From contig BPLQ01011166.1 in NCBI GenBank assembly GCA_021605075.1, positions 407,264 to 471,263 on the forward strand: a stretch of 64,000 nt of DNA, given 5' to 3'. The notes under the pieces were generated by a model, which saw nothing but the letters and a program-made list of their open reading frames with translations, searched no databases and was not told the origin of the DNA. The stretch comes from Caerostris darwini. Lineage: Eukaryota. Below are positions 12,054 through 23,850 of this stretch, piece after piece. A program made the translations under genes and the position numbers. Numbering within the stretch: the stretch's first letter is position 1; each line of letters starts with the position of its first letter.

Positions 12054-13233
12054 TTGAAGAAGAATATGCAAATTACAGGAAGCCACCAGATGGCGCGGAT
12101 AATACGTCACAATGACGAGAGTGTAAGAGAGGGGTATAAAAGGAATGGTGGCAAGGAAGTAAAATTGTTCACAAGCGCTTTAAAAGCCTTTCAGTACAAT
12201 AACCGCATAGTTATGGCACAAAGGAAGCATTTGGATGATTTTTTACGTGGTAGAATTATCGGACGACTGGAATGTGGACGTACCCAGCTGGAAGTATCCG
12301 AGGAACTTGGAATCGCCCAGTGTCATCTCCAGGCTTTGGCAACGATTCCAAGATGATGGTAATGTGAGTAAATGTTACAGCACAGGTCCCCCCTCCCCCG
12401 AGTTACAACGCCGAATGAGGACCGGTATTTAGCAGTTACTGCCAAAAGAAACAGACGGAGCACAGCATCAGACCTGTCTCGTCAGCTACCGGTACGACAG
12501 TTTCAAGGCAGACAGTGTACAGACGCTTAGGGCACATTGATCTGTATGCTCGTAGGCCTGTCAGATGTGTTCCACTTACCCGCAACTCACTGTCGCCTGC
12601 GATTAACCTGGAGTAGAGAGCATGCATTGTGTACACCGCAACAGTGGTCTTGTGTGATGTTTTCCGACGAGTCCAGGTAAGTTTGCAGTCTGATTCTCGC
12701 AAGACTTTGATATGGAGAGCGCCAGGTACCCGTTACCACCAAGAGAACACCATTGAACGACACCGTTACGGTGGTGCAGGATGGCTCGTTTGGGGAGGAA
12801 TTATTCTTGGTTCCAGAATTGACCTGCATGTTCAGAGTGTAACGATGACAGGCCACATCTATCGGGATGTCATTCTGGAACAACATGTACGTTTGTTTCG
12901 GGCGCCATGGGTGCTGAATTTCTGTTTATGGATGACAACGCCCGTCCTCACCGTGCAGACATTGTAGATGAATGCCTTCAATTGGAGGATATCACCCGCA
13001 TGGATTGGCCTGCATACTCACCGGACTTGAATCCAATAGAGCATGTGTGGGATATGCTTGGCCGACGAATTGTAGCCCGTCAACCCCCTCCCACCTGTCA
13101 ACCGCAACTTCGGAGGGCATTGCTTGATGAGTGGTGTAATATTCTCCAAGATCAGATTGATAATTTGATACTCAGCATGCCTAGGCGTTGTAAGGCCTGT
13201 ATTGCATCGTCCGGGAGACATACTCTATATTAA
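12054..13233 (+). pseudogene. Tc1-like (DD34E) transposase pseudogene, frameshifted into at least 4 ORF pieces; TIRs not identified
   Basis: Pieces read …LDDFLRGRIIGRLECGRTQLEVSEELGIAQ… (HTH), …WLVWGGIILGSRIDLHVQ…, and …FMDDNARPHRADIVDECLQLEDITRMDWPAYSPDLNPIEHVWDMLGRRI…SMPRRCKACIASSGRHTLY*. The spacing from the second D to E is 34. Confidence 0.8.
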
Positions 13234-13879
13234 CCATCATACTAACCATGTTATACTGTTTTTTGTAAATAGGTTCTTTTTTGAAATTTGCTCCAGGGAG
13301 TAAAAATCGCAATTTTTATTAATTATGTCAAACATATAGCACCTTTTTTGCTCTTTACCTTCTGTTTAATAAATAGACTTTACAAATAAGTCCAATTTGT
13401 TTTGCTTCTGTCTCTTTCTTTGCCTGTACTTCATTATCCTTAATTTATGGACATGAGTGTAGTATTGTGAACATGGTTGAATCAAGACATATAACATAAA
13501 TATGCTTTATGAGAAAAAAATAATTTTAAATCAAGAATCAGAAATTTTTAAATATTTTAACATTGAGCTCTGTTGAAAGTATAATTATTAATCTATTATA
13601 TATAGTATACAGCACAATTATATTATATATAGCATACTGGTATTATATATATATACCAGTCTATTATATTTTTTTCTAAAACTGTTGGACGAGTAAAAAA
13701 AAGTTCAATGTACATGTTTGTTTCTTGAATATCAAAATATGATAGATTGCATCATAATTTGCCAAATGGCTCTCCAAAACAAGAGTAATTTGATTTATGC
13801 CATATTATTTAACGAAACTCAGAAACATTTTAGGGTTTATTATGTTTTTACCTAAAATGCTAGCTGATTTAAAGACGGG

Positions 13880-14085
13880 TAAAAACGCAGAATAGGGGCT
13901 GTTGGAATTTGGCGTCAAAAAATCTTTTCGCCAAATTGCGTCAAGTAACGGGTTACAACTGTAAATGAAGTGAATTGTAAACAATACAAGAAACCATATT
14001 TGGCGACTTATCACTCAGTTGGCCCCACAGAAATGTCACCAAATTTCAACGACTCTTATTTTGCGATTTGGCCTAAAGATATTTA
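13880..14085. repeat. About 200-bp dispersed/tandem-like repeat, copy 1 (second copy at 14470-14665, about 80% identical)
   Basis: Shared strings ttggaatttggcgtcaaaaaatc…gtaaatgaagtgaattgtaaaca…atttggcgacttatcactcagttggccccacag…ttttgcgatttggcc. Confidence 0.5.
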
Positions 14086-14469
14086 AAAGGATTTGTTTCC
14101 TGAATGTCAAAAACTGATATATTGTATTCTAATTTGCCAAATTACTCGCAGAAAGCCATAGTAATTAAGTTATTTTCATATTACTTAGTGCTTAAATTAA
14201 AAATATAAATAGCATTCTTCTATAGTGTATTACATAATAATCTCGTAATATACTCATATTACTAGCTGCGTATTACAGATTCTTCTCTAACCTGGTATAT
14301 GATTTCTTGATCTCTCATGGAAACGATATTGGCAATATCTTGCTTAGGATTCAGTTACATGAGATGGCTTGTCAATTACGTTAATCCGTAGTAATGAAAT
14401 AATCTCCTCCCGTATTTCTATCATATCATGTTTTAGGTCTTTCTTTTGATCTGCCTACAAAAATAAACT

Positions 14470-14665
14470 GCAAAATCGGTTGTTGGCATTTGGCGTCAAA
14501 CATTCGTTTCACTAAAGTACGCCAAGAAAAGGGTTGCTATTGTAACTGAAGTGAATTGCAAACAGTTCTAGATATCCTGTTTAAGACATTTGGCGATTTA
14601 TTGCTCAGTTGGGGCCACAAAAAAATTGTCAAATCCCAAAGGCCACTATTTTGCGATTTGGCCAA
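14470..14665. repeat. About 200-bp repeat, copy 2
   Basis: ttggcatttggcgtcaaacattc…gtaactgaagtgaattgcaaaca…atttggcgatttattgctcagttggggccacaa…ttttgcgatttggcc. Confidence 0.5.
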
Positions 14666-14910
14666 ATAAACACCATGCTTAATTACATTGCTTAAACTTA
14701 CGAGTTATGTTTACATTTCGCATCTTCAAAAAGTATTATGTATATAGTTCAGCTAAAATGTGTGTATGTTTTCAAATACAACTACCCATCGTATCTTGTA
14801 AAACGCAGTGTAAGCACTACTTTAAGTACATATTGGAATTAAATAGCACTTTTTTTTAATGTTGCTAGTTTATAAAAACATCAATTTCCTGTAACAAAGC
14901 AAATGTCACC

Positions 14911-15140
14911 TACTACTACTACTACTACTACACTACACCGCCTAGAGCTGAGTTGCCAGTTTGGTAATAATGTGGGTGAGAAGTCTGACTGGGCTCCGTG
15001 GCGCTCTTACAGTCATATGAGACTGGGGCTTATGGCTTAAAGTGGATTCCGAACCACTACAAACATCCATGGCATTACAGGGACTCGAACCCGAAGCCTG
15101 TGGCACCGAGCGCTGAACACTCGGCAATTCAGGCTCCGAA
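14911..15140 (-). mobile_element. tRNA-headed SINE of the same subfamily as the 5S-headed copies but without the 5S module; (CTA)n tail
   Basis: Minus strand reads CGGAGCCTGAATTGCCGAGTGTTCAGCGCTCGGTGCCACAGGCTTCGGGTTCGAGTCCCTGTAATGCCATGGATGTTTGTAGTGGTTCGGAATCCACTTTAAGCCATAAGCCCCAGTCTCATATGACTGTAAGAGCGCCACGGAGCCCAGTCAGACTTCT… followed by a (TAG)n tail. Confidence 0.7.
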
Positions 15141-15491
15141 TTTTTATATAAGAATTATAATATTTAACTTTTCTTTAATACTTGAAATGTTTGTAAACAT
15201 TGTAAGGCCCGGGGACATGTGTTTGTGCAAGCAACGTCATCTGTAAAGCTCTACGGGGAACATTCGAGTTTAAGCAGAGTTGTATGTGTGTGTGAAAACA
15301 GATAGCGCGTGGCGAGACCCTCCTCGAGAGTGATTTCGGCCCAAATTAAAGCCCACTTTAATAAATAATAAAAGTTCAGCACAAATAAAAGTCCAAAAAA
15401 AAAATTTACAGTCCACATTGTTTTCATTTGTCTTAAATTCGAAGAAAAGAGCTGTCGAACAGCAGTCAAAAATGGGGTAAATTGTATTTCA

Positions 15492-16658
15492 CTATTCAAG
15501 GTGGGAAAATTTTTCTTCTTTTAGTTGGGGGCTTTCTAGATGTCGTTTTTCTTCTGGGCATCGTTCTCGATTCGGACCTTTTCCTTTTCTGCGCTGGCTT
15601 AACACAGGAATCTTGTGCCCGCTTTCTTCTCCGAACACTTGATTTTGGGTTCGCTTTGGACGCCTCACGTATCTCAAGTTTCCTTTGCGATATGCAGCGA
15701 CATCAGAAGTAGCCTTCATCAGAGCGTGCTCTTTGAGCAGATACGAAAATGCTCTTAAAACAGCCTGTGTCAGCTCTTCGTCACCCATGTCAGTTTTTTT
15801 TATCTGGCATATTTCTGCAGCAATCTCTGCCAGATGCTCAGCGATCTCGATTAAAAGGAGTCCCAGGTACTTTGGAGGCTTCGAGTCGATGTGGGACAAC
15901 GGATCCACTTCTGAAAAAAGCCTCTTGATGGAAGAGGTGAAACATTCCGCGAATTCCGGTTTAGAAAAACCATCACTCCACAAACTCCTTTTCTTCAGTT
16001 TTAAATCGAGTAAGCTGTTTTCGTATAAAGCTAAATACCTATTCGCTTCGTTGACAGCTGCATTGAAAACGTTCTTTTCAAAATATTGGGGTAAAATGTT
16101 TTTTAAATCCAGAGGTCGGAGCTCTTCGTTTTGACCATAAGTTCCAGCTGCTTTGGCGGTTATTGCCTTTCCGAATTGATATATATATAAAGCTAACGTA
16201 TCCCTGGCTTTTCTGTCAAATATTAAATTCTGTAGGCATTTGGAGCTCAGGTTTGCAACTCCGGATTTGAAAGGGTTAGTGTTTCTTCTAATATCAACAT
16301 CTTGGCGGATTTCTTTTTTCTTTGCTTTCACTTTTAATGCACCATTGCCGCCATACGTCATACAACCACTCTGTAATAAAGCTAATTGCTTAAAAGCTTC
16401 TGATAAAGCGTGCCTTTTCAAACCTCCTTCAAAATATGTGCCAATTACTTTATGAGCGATAAGTTGTATGGTGTGTCCATTCATTCTATTCACAGCATTA
16501 TATTCTTCTTCAATGCGAGTTATTATTGTTGAATTTACTTGGTTCAGCAACTTTGAAAGTAGTTCAAGGAAATTGTTTTCTACTTTTAAAGCCAAGGCCT
16601 GATCACTAATTAAATTCTCTAGGCCTGTTTTGTAACTAATATCTTTGGTGTAAACCAT
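15492..16658 (-). CDS. Intact intronless 388-aa ORF of unknown family, with a basic C-terminal tail (…YRKGNLRYVRRPKRTQNQVFGEESGHKIPVLSQRRKGKGPNRER…)
   Basis: The longest ORF in a 60-kb TE-rich interval. I recognise no DDE, RT, zinc-knuckle or YR motif and no splice signals inside. Codon usage is less AT-skewed than the neighbouring DNA. Confidence 0.5.
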   Translation of the reverse strand: MVYTKDISYKTGLENLISDQALALKVENNFLELLSKLLNQVNSTIITRIEEEYNAVNRMNGHTIQLIAHKVIGTYFEGGLKRHALSEAFKQLALLQSGCMTYGGNGALKVKAKKKEIRQDVDIRRNTNPFKSGVANLSSKCLQNLIFDRKARDTLALYIYQFGKAITAKAAGTYGQNEELRPLDLKNILPQYFEKNVFNAAVNEANRYLALYENSLLDLKLKKRSLWSDGFSKPEFAECFTSSIKRLFSEVDPLSHIDSKPPKYLGLLLIEIAEHLAEIAAEICQIKKTDMGDEELTQAVLRAFSYLLKEHALMKATSDVAAYRKGNLRYVRRPKRTQNQVFGEESGHKIPVLSQRRKGKGPNRERCPEEKRHLESPQLKEEKFSHLE

Positions 16659-17482
16659 TATTAATCTTCGGGAAGATGATTTGAATTTGTAAAAAAGTGA
16701 TTAATAATTTGAAGTGAAGATGATTCGAATTTCTAACCTAAATTTTGTTACATTTCATTTTGATATAATTAATAACAAAACAAAACATGTAAGGGAAAAT
16801 AAAAGGATGTTCAAAACATGATGCCACGAAAAAAATTACCATTATCGAAATTTAATAAAAAACTTGTTAAAAAGCATGCAATTTGATATTTAAAAAATTC
16901 TGCCTTCAACTGAGATTCAAATCATTTCCTGATTATCTAGATCAGTGTGTGTAGTTTCTTTAGATAAAACTTTCCATTTATGAATACTCCTCTTCTTTCA
17001 GAAAACCCTCTACCCTTCTTTCTACGTACAAAACCAGTTTTGATTTTACAGTTTAATCCAATTTTTTAACTGGCTTAATACAAATCAAATGGCATTATAG
17101 TATTTTCCACCACATTAACTTATGATGAAAGTTCACAACAATTACTTAATTTCATAGGAAGCTTTTCAAGAGCTAGCTTTCAAGAATTTCAATGTGAATC
17201 ACAGAACTTGTTTCATTAATATAAGTTTTATAAAATGAGGCTCAGACGAAGACAAATATTATCTGAGCTTATTTCAATATTTATCCTTCATATGCGCATA
17301 CTTGAGAACGTGAAAAATTATAAATATTTTATTGTTTACAACTTAGTTCTTAGTACTCTTCTATTGCTGTTGAGAAATTAATAAGATTTTTATTTTTGAA
17401 GTCATATAGTAAGGAAGAATAAGGTTAAAGTTCAATCAATATTTTCATTTCATGAAGCTGATAATTTTTCAGCTTATTGAAA

Positions 17483-17646
17483 GGTTTTGTTTGGTTTGTT
17501 GCTCTGCGGTCATTTTTTGCACACTCTGGACTAATTATTCCGGGACCTACAAGTTAACGTGGATTTCGAACCACCAACAAACATCCATACCACCGTCAGG
17601 ATTTGAATCTGAAGCCTGTGGCACCAATTGGCCATCAGGCAGCCAG
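17483..17646 (-). mobile_element. tRNA-derived SINE copy (core + tRNA-like head GCTGGCTGCCTGATGGCCAATTGGTGCCACAGGCTTCAGATTCAAATCC)
   Basis: Core and tail are shared with 19178-19345 and 62718-62900. Confidence 0.6.
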
Positions 17647-17884
17647 CTTACTGAAAGAACAAATCATGAAATTAAAATCTTGAACAAATTAGAAATAAAA
17701 TTATCTTCACTCCATAGCTTTGAGAAATATTGTTTGAAGGACACATTATGTCCTTTTCAGTGTTCCTCCAATTAAGGTATTGTTTTCAGTATGCATTAGA
17801 GTGGTTGTGCATGTATTAAAGGGTTTGGACAAGAATACGGCATTAGATCCATGAAGAGCAACTTCTTTGGTGAGAGAGCATTAT

Positions 17885-18530
17885 TATGTATAGTAGCCAA
17901 GCATACATTTTTCAACATCCGAGCAAGCATTACAGCATATGACCCAACTAAGTCCATTTTTACAAAAATAAACCTGAATAACATTAAATATATTATTTCA
18001 TGTGCATCTTTTAATGATAGGATAGCATGATATAATATTTTATCCAGCACATTTTTTTTTCTTCAATGGTGCAACAGCCTCATGGTAGATTAAGGCCATC
18101 TGCCTACTGGCAGATTTCGGGATAGGAGATGTCAGTACTTACGTATTAACGCCACCGCAGCTACAGATTTGGCGGTTTTTAAGTGGCGCCAATCTACACT
18201 TAAAAATTTTGTGACAAATCATAAAATATATAAAACACTTTATTTAAAAACAAAGTAGTCAATCGGATTTCGGTGGAAAATGTTCCGATATAGAGTTTAA
18301 AAATAGATTCAAAACAGTTTTTATTTTGGCGCATTGGTAGCTCTTTATTGGCGCATTAGCGCAACTTCTGCTGCGGTGGCGTTAATACGTAAGTACCGAG
18401 ATGTTTTTTTACGGATAAGGTTGTCAGCCCTACGTTCAACAGTCATATCAGACCGAGACCTACGGTTTAAAATAAATTCCGAACCACTACAAGCATCCAT
18501 GGCACCACTGGGACCCGAATCCGACACGTG
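17885..18530 (-). mobile_element. Long SINE copy (about 400-bp body) with a head truncation, interrupted by a nested MITE at 18133-18398
   Basis: Collinear with 18655-19044 (…catcttttaatgataggatagca…ggtgcaacagcctcatggt…gatttcgggata…) when the 266-bp insertion is removed. Confidence 0.6.
18133..18398. mobile_element. Nested 266-bp MITE with 27-bp TIRs (C)AGTACTTACGTATTAACGCCACCGCAGC, flanked by a (G)AGATGT duplication
   Basis: The left end reads cagtacttacgtattaacgccaccgcagc and the right end reads gctgcggtggcgttaatacgtaagtaccg. The flanking SINE sequence is continuous in the sister copy 18880-18920. Confidence 0.6.
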
Positions 18531-18650
18531 GATTAGCATGTATGCATATAGCATGTATGCATATATAAGCCATGTATGCATATATAAGCCATGTATGCAT
18601 ATATAAGCATGTATGCATATATAAGCCAATGCATATATAATATGTATAAT
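18530..18650. repeat. Minisatellite, about 19-bp unit CATGTATGCATATATAAGC × about 6
   Basis: agcatgtatgcatatagcatgtatgcatatataagccatgtatgcatatataagccatgtatgcatatataagcatgtatgcatatataagcc. Confidence 0.85.
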
Positions 18651-18654
18651 AGCA

Positions 18655-19044
18655 TAGATTTTTCAACATCCATGCAAGCTTTACAGCAAATAATCTAACT
18701 AACTCCTTTTTCACACAAATAAACCACAAAAAAGTATTAAATGTATTCTCTCATATGCATCTTTTAATGATAGGATAGCACAATATAATATTTCCATCTA
18801 GCAAATTTTTTTTCTTCTTCATTGGTGCAACAGCCTCATGGTGGACTAAAGCCATCCCGCCTACTGGTAGATTTCGGGATATGAGATGTTTCCTTTTTAT
18901 GGGTTGGATTGTGAGCCCTACATTCAACAGTCATATTAGATCGGAACCTACGGTTTAAAGAGGATTCCGAACCACTAGAAGCATCCATGGACTCGAATCC
19001 GAAAAATATGGCACCAAGTGCTAGTCGCTCGGCCATCAGGCCCC
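18655..19044 (-). mobile_element. Long SINE copy with tRNA-like head GGGGCCTGATGGCCGAGCGACTAGCACTTGGTGCC…GGATTCGAGTCC
   Basis: Core GGATTCCGAACCACTAGAAGCATCCATGG is on the plus strand; the body matches 17885-18530. Confidence 0.65.
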
Positions 19045-19177
19045 ATTTAACACATTGTCATAGAAATATTTTGCAATAATAAGAAAAATTGCGAAATTGG
19101 AAGCATTCTTGTTTTCATCCATCTCTATCGAAAAGAAAGAATTGTTTTTGTTTTTTTTAAAGTCTTTTAATTACTGT

Positions 19178-19345
19178 TTTGGTTTGTCTCTCCACGGTCA
19201 TTTTGTGCACACTTTAGGTCAATTAGACAGGGTCCTACAGTTAAATGTGGATTCCAAACCACTAACAAACATACATGCCACTGCCAGGACTCGAACCTGA
19301 AACCTGTAGTACCAAAGGCCAGAGCGCAGCCAATTGGCCATCAGG
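19178..19345 (-). mobile_element. tRNA-derived SINE copy
   Basis: Minus strand reads GCCTGATGGCCAATTGGCTGCGCTCTGGCCTTTGGTACTACAGGTTTCAGGTTCGAGTCCTGGCAGTGGCATGTATGTTTGTTAGTGGTTTGGAATCCACATTTAACTGTAGGACCCTGTCTAATTGACC. Confidence 0.7.
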
Positions 19346-19753
19346 CAATTTAAATTACTGTAGATTCAATGTCGTAGATATGTTCTCCGAGAAATTATAT
19401 TTTATTTAAATTAGAATACTGTACATTTTTCTGGCATGGTCTTACTGAACAGCTGGTCATGACAGTACAGCTTCTTCAATATAAGATCTCAAATGTTAAG
19501 CTATTGTGGGATTTTTACCGCTTTTAGCAATACGATAATTTTTTCTGTACAATGCTTCAACGCCCATTGTGTGCAGATATTACAAAATAATATAAGATTT
19601 GGGCACTTTGATAATCACTAAAAAAACTAGCGTTTTATGTTTATAAATTTTAATCTTTAAATGGCCTATTAATAGAGATGTTTCTTGGAACCTTTGGACA
19701 AAATTTCCACACAAACAACTGACAACGTTTTCATCTCGTGTTATTGAAAATCC

Positions 19754-19915
19754 GGGCCTGATGGCTAAGTGGCTAGCGCTCTGCTCTAGCGCACAGGTTT
19801 TGAGTTCAAGTCCCGGCAGTGCTATGGGTGTTTGTTGTGGCTCGGAATCTACTTTAAATCGTAGGTCCCGGTCTAATATGACTGTAGAGCGTTGGGTGAC
19901 CAACCTTAAACAGTA
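19754..19915 (+). mobile_element. tRNA-derived SINE copy (plus orientation); forms an inverted pair with 19178-19345
   Basis: GGGCCTGATGGCTAAGTGGCTAGCGCTCTG…GTTTTGAGTTCAAGTCCCGGCAGTGCTATGGGTGTTTGTTGTGGCTCGGAATCTACTTTAAATCGTAGGTCCCGGTCTAATATGACTG. Confidence 0.7.
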
Positions 19916-22229
19916 AAAAGAAAACATATCCTGTCTCAAAATCTGCCAATAAGCAGAATGTTTTGGCCAAAACATTCTATGTTGCGCCAATGAAGAAGTT
20001 ATTGAAAATCCATATGACAAACATCCATCGCAATATTTTTTTCTTTTTTTGACAAACACTTTTCTTGTGGTTTTCTTACATGTTACTCTCTTGCATTTGT
20101 AAGTCATCAGACTGCTTCGAAGTACTTGCAGCTTACAATTCAACTGTCTGATTTTCAATGCTATTTGCATCTTTCTTAAGAGTTTCAGTTTTCAACTAAT
20201 TATTAATTTCGTGGCACAAACAAGTATCAACAAAAATTCCCTTCAAAACACTAACATAATAGATAGCAATCATAATTTAAGAACTCTTTAAAAAAAGAAA
20301 GATACTAGGCTATTCAATTGTTACTGAATTAAACACTAAAATGATGGCCTGCTTTTAAATGTAATGCCGAAAGACGATTCGAAATTATCCTAGAATAATT
20401 ACTAGACACGAAAAGAACAAAAGAATACATGTTTAATCACCCAACATAATGGCCAGTGGACGGTGGCTGTTAGCAATCAGTTATAAATCACATACACGTA
20501 TCCTATATTGAATAACTGATAGAACCATTGATCTGAATAGCTGATTCTAGTAGGGATGAAAATGAGTAAGAAATAACTCCAGTTGCAAATGTACACTTTA
20601 AAATATTGTTAAAAAACAAACTTTAAAATATTATTAAACGTACATTTTTTTTTTCTTTCTCTAAATGTTGGATTTTACACTTCTTAAATCTCATCTATGC
20701 CTAATAACCTTAAATTTCACTTATATCCAATAATAAAATATCTAGTGAAATAGTTTCAACATATCTAAGGAGTATTGTTAGGTATTGAACATTTTTAAGA
20801 AAAGAACTTTCTGCTTTCATAAAAGAGGTGATTCAATAGTGATTATAACAGCAACATAACGTTTCTGACTCAGCAATGATTTTGTATGAGTTTGTCGTGG
20901 GCAAACAGGATTGACAGCAAGAATTATTTGCATATGTCACCCAAATGCTGCTTATAATTCAATTTTTTTATTATAAGTAATTTGTAAAACTAACAAAACT
21001 TTTATATTAATGGAGTAAAATGCAATAATAATTTTATTTTTAAATGGCCATCTATTTGAAAAAAAAAAAAAAAATGATATTAGTATGTTTACTTAAAAGA
21101 CAATCTAATAGTATATGCGAATTATTTTTTTAATTCTTTTTAAAATTCGACATTAATAATATAGATTTCAAGTTACTCAGTTGTATCAAATATATTATCA
21201 GTATAAAAAAAAAATTCTACTGATTTATTTACTTGTATTTCTTCAAATTCCAGTTTATTATGATAAAAAATAATTAATTACCATACTTTTATGTTATAAA
21301 ATATTTTACACTTTATATCAGCAACATGCAACTTTATATTTTTGAAAAACAGAACTTAAAACATTAAAAATTTTTTTTTTAAGAATTAACATTAGTAAAT
21401 AGTTTTTTTAAGAGTTAACATAGTTCACAAATTATTATAGCATTTATTGGTCTGTGTAGCAAAAACAAATAATTTTGTTGAACATCAGGCTTTAAGAAAC
21501 AAAAAAAATTCTAAAATGATATTTCACTAATAACTTAAAATAAAACATTTTAAAATATACTGTTATCCAAAACTGGCATTACGGCATTCTCCACAATATT
21601 TTGGTTTTTTATTTCAATATATTGTAGTTCTGAAGGTAAAGTCAATCATATATGACTTATATTCAAATACGAAAAATCTCACTTGGAAGAAAAAGTCATA
21701 GCTATCTTCATTTAAAACTTTTTAGGCCATTTTTCACAGAAAAAATAAACATTCATAAAAATACTTTTAGGTATTGATATTAAAAATAACATATAGTAAA
21801 GGCATTAATATTAACCAAAAATAGGAACTGTTAAATTCATAATCCTTCATTCCAGATGTGATGATAAGACAGACATTTAACACAATTCTTTTAATTTTTT
21901 TAAACACAACAAACACAATTTTTTAAACATGTAAAATCATGCATAAATTAAAAATTTTTAGTTTATACATGAATTGAATGTTTATAATATTGTTGATATT
22001 ATATGAATTGAATGATTGATGAATTATAATTGAATGATTTACTCTTTGAGTTTTCTTCGGAAATACATTCTTGGATTGGTATCTTAAATTGCTAAATTCA
22101 TAATCCTACATTCCTGATATCATGATAATGTAGACATTCAATCAATTCTTCTCTTTCCAGTTTCTTTACTGGTGAACATCCTAAGTTCACACATAAATTA
22201 ATTAAGTTTTTTGGTATAACATATTTTAC

Positions 22230-22382
22230 CTCTTGGATATGTTTTGGAACAACATACTTGAATCTTTTATCATAAAAAAGATTCTCATTGAAGGATACAA
22301 CGAATAAATGGCAATAAGAATTTTTCCAATCTGCAGCAGTGAAATCCAAAATCATCTGAAATGCTCTTTCTTCAATATGATC
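22230..22382 (-). CDS. Candidate internal coding exon (51 codons, phase 0-0): DHIEERAFQMILDFTAADWKNSYCHLFVVSFNENLFYDKRFKYVVPKHIQE
   Basis: The acceptor is tttttttttttttctag|GATCAT and the donor is CCAAGAG|GTAAAATA on the minus strand. The frame is open across the exon and its phase fits the exon at 23543-23850. Confidence 0.4.
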
Positions 22383-23542
22383 CTAGAAAAAAAAAAAAAT
22401 TTTTTTAAACAGAAATATTTCAATTTCGACAAAGCTTATCATTGCAAAAAAAAAAAAGTTTCAACTAGCAATAAAACATATGTAACCATGCTTCCTCACA
22501 CACACTGCAAGAGCGCCCCATGTGGCATTCAGGAGAAATGGTCAGTAGGCATTGAGACTCTCACACGAGAGACGTTTAGTTTAGTCTCTCCCTCCGAGAG
22601 AAAATATAGTTAGCACAATCCTGAGCATAAGTTGGACTACAAACTCTCATCCTGAGAGGAAGTATATATCCTGAGTATGGGAAGTATATCTTGTGCATCC
22701 AAAGCAAACCTGAATATCTTTATTTTTGGCTTAGAAGTGGAATCCTTCCACTAATCTTTAATTAGATGTCTTTAAATGTTTTAACTATGGTATGTGTGTT
22801 GTATTTAGGCTAATGTAAATAAAGCTGTGTGTTCTCAAACCTGTGTCTCAAGTCTCAGCGGAACCACACCCAGATCTAGCTGCACAAACAATTACTCCAC
22901 TACAATTATTTATTATTATTTAATCCTAATTAAAAATGATTACTTACAGTTTTACTCTTTTTAGCTACTAGAAATCAATTATAAAGGAATAAAAACAATT
23001 ATTTATTTATTCATTTCTATTATTATTTATTAATTATTGATTTATTTATTCCTGTTACAATAATAATGTTCTAAAAATAACATGGTAAAATTTAATTTTT
23101 ATAGATAAACTTATCTATGAATAATATTTTAAAAGCTTCACAATGTTAAATAATGGGCATTAAAAGTTAAACTGAACATTTATTTAAGTGAAAACTATAA
23201 CTGATATTTTTGTAAATTTTGTGCACAACTAAATGAGAAAAATTGTTTTTTTGCAGCAATCTAATTATCTGAGTACCTTTTATAAAATCATTGTTTGTAA
23301 TTTTATGAATAATTAAATGCAAATTACTTATACATAAAATTAATATTTATCAACACAGTCATATCAATGAAAGCATATTTTCTGATTCTTTCATTAAATA
23401 TTTTAACTCATAAGCATAGTTTTGATTTGATTAAATGTGTGTTAGCATTTTTAATTACTTAAAATAACCTAATAATTTCTTGAATAATTAGAAATGAAAA
23501 AAATTAACAAAATTTTGTGATACACAATTCAAAAAGTCTTAC

Positions 23543-23850
23543 CGAAATAATATCTTCAGAATTTGCATTCCGTAGAACTCTTTCAGAAATAACTATAATA
23601 AATTTTTTGTTAGAAACACAAAATTTTCCAGTCCCAGGGCAATCACATTCCAAAATTTTTGAAATACAACAATGACGTTGTTCTAGAAGATCATGTATCA
23701 TGTCATCAAGTGTATAAACATTTAATAGAGCACATTCTTGAAGAAAATTTTTCAATAAAGCAACATCATTTTGAATGGAATGATCATCAAGAGAATGAAA
23801 AATATACACTTTGTCCACAATTTGAGTCAATATTGGAAGATTTTCTTCAG
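23543..23850 (-). CDS. Candidate internal coding exon (about 102 codons): …EENLPILTQIVDKVYIFHSLDDHSIQNDVALLKNFLQECALLNVYTLDDMIHDLLEQRHCCISKILECDCPGTGKFCVSNKKFIIVISERVLRNANSEDIIS
   Basis: The acceptor is tgctttttttcttcgcag|CTGAAG (AG at 23852-23851) and the donor is ATTTCG|GTAAGAC (GT at 23542-23541). It ends on a codon boundary, which matches exon 22230-22382. Confidence 0.4.
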
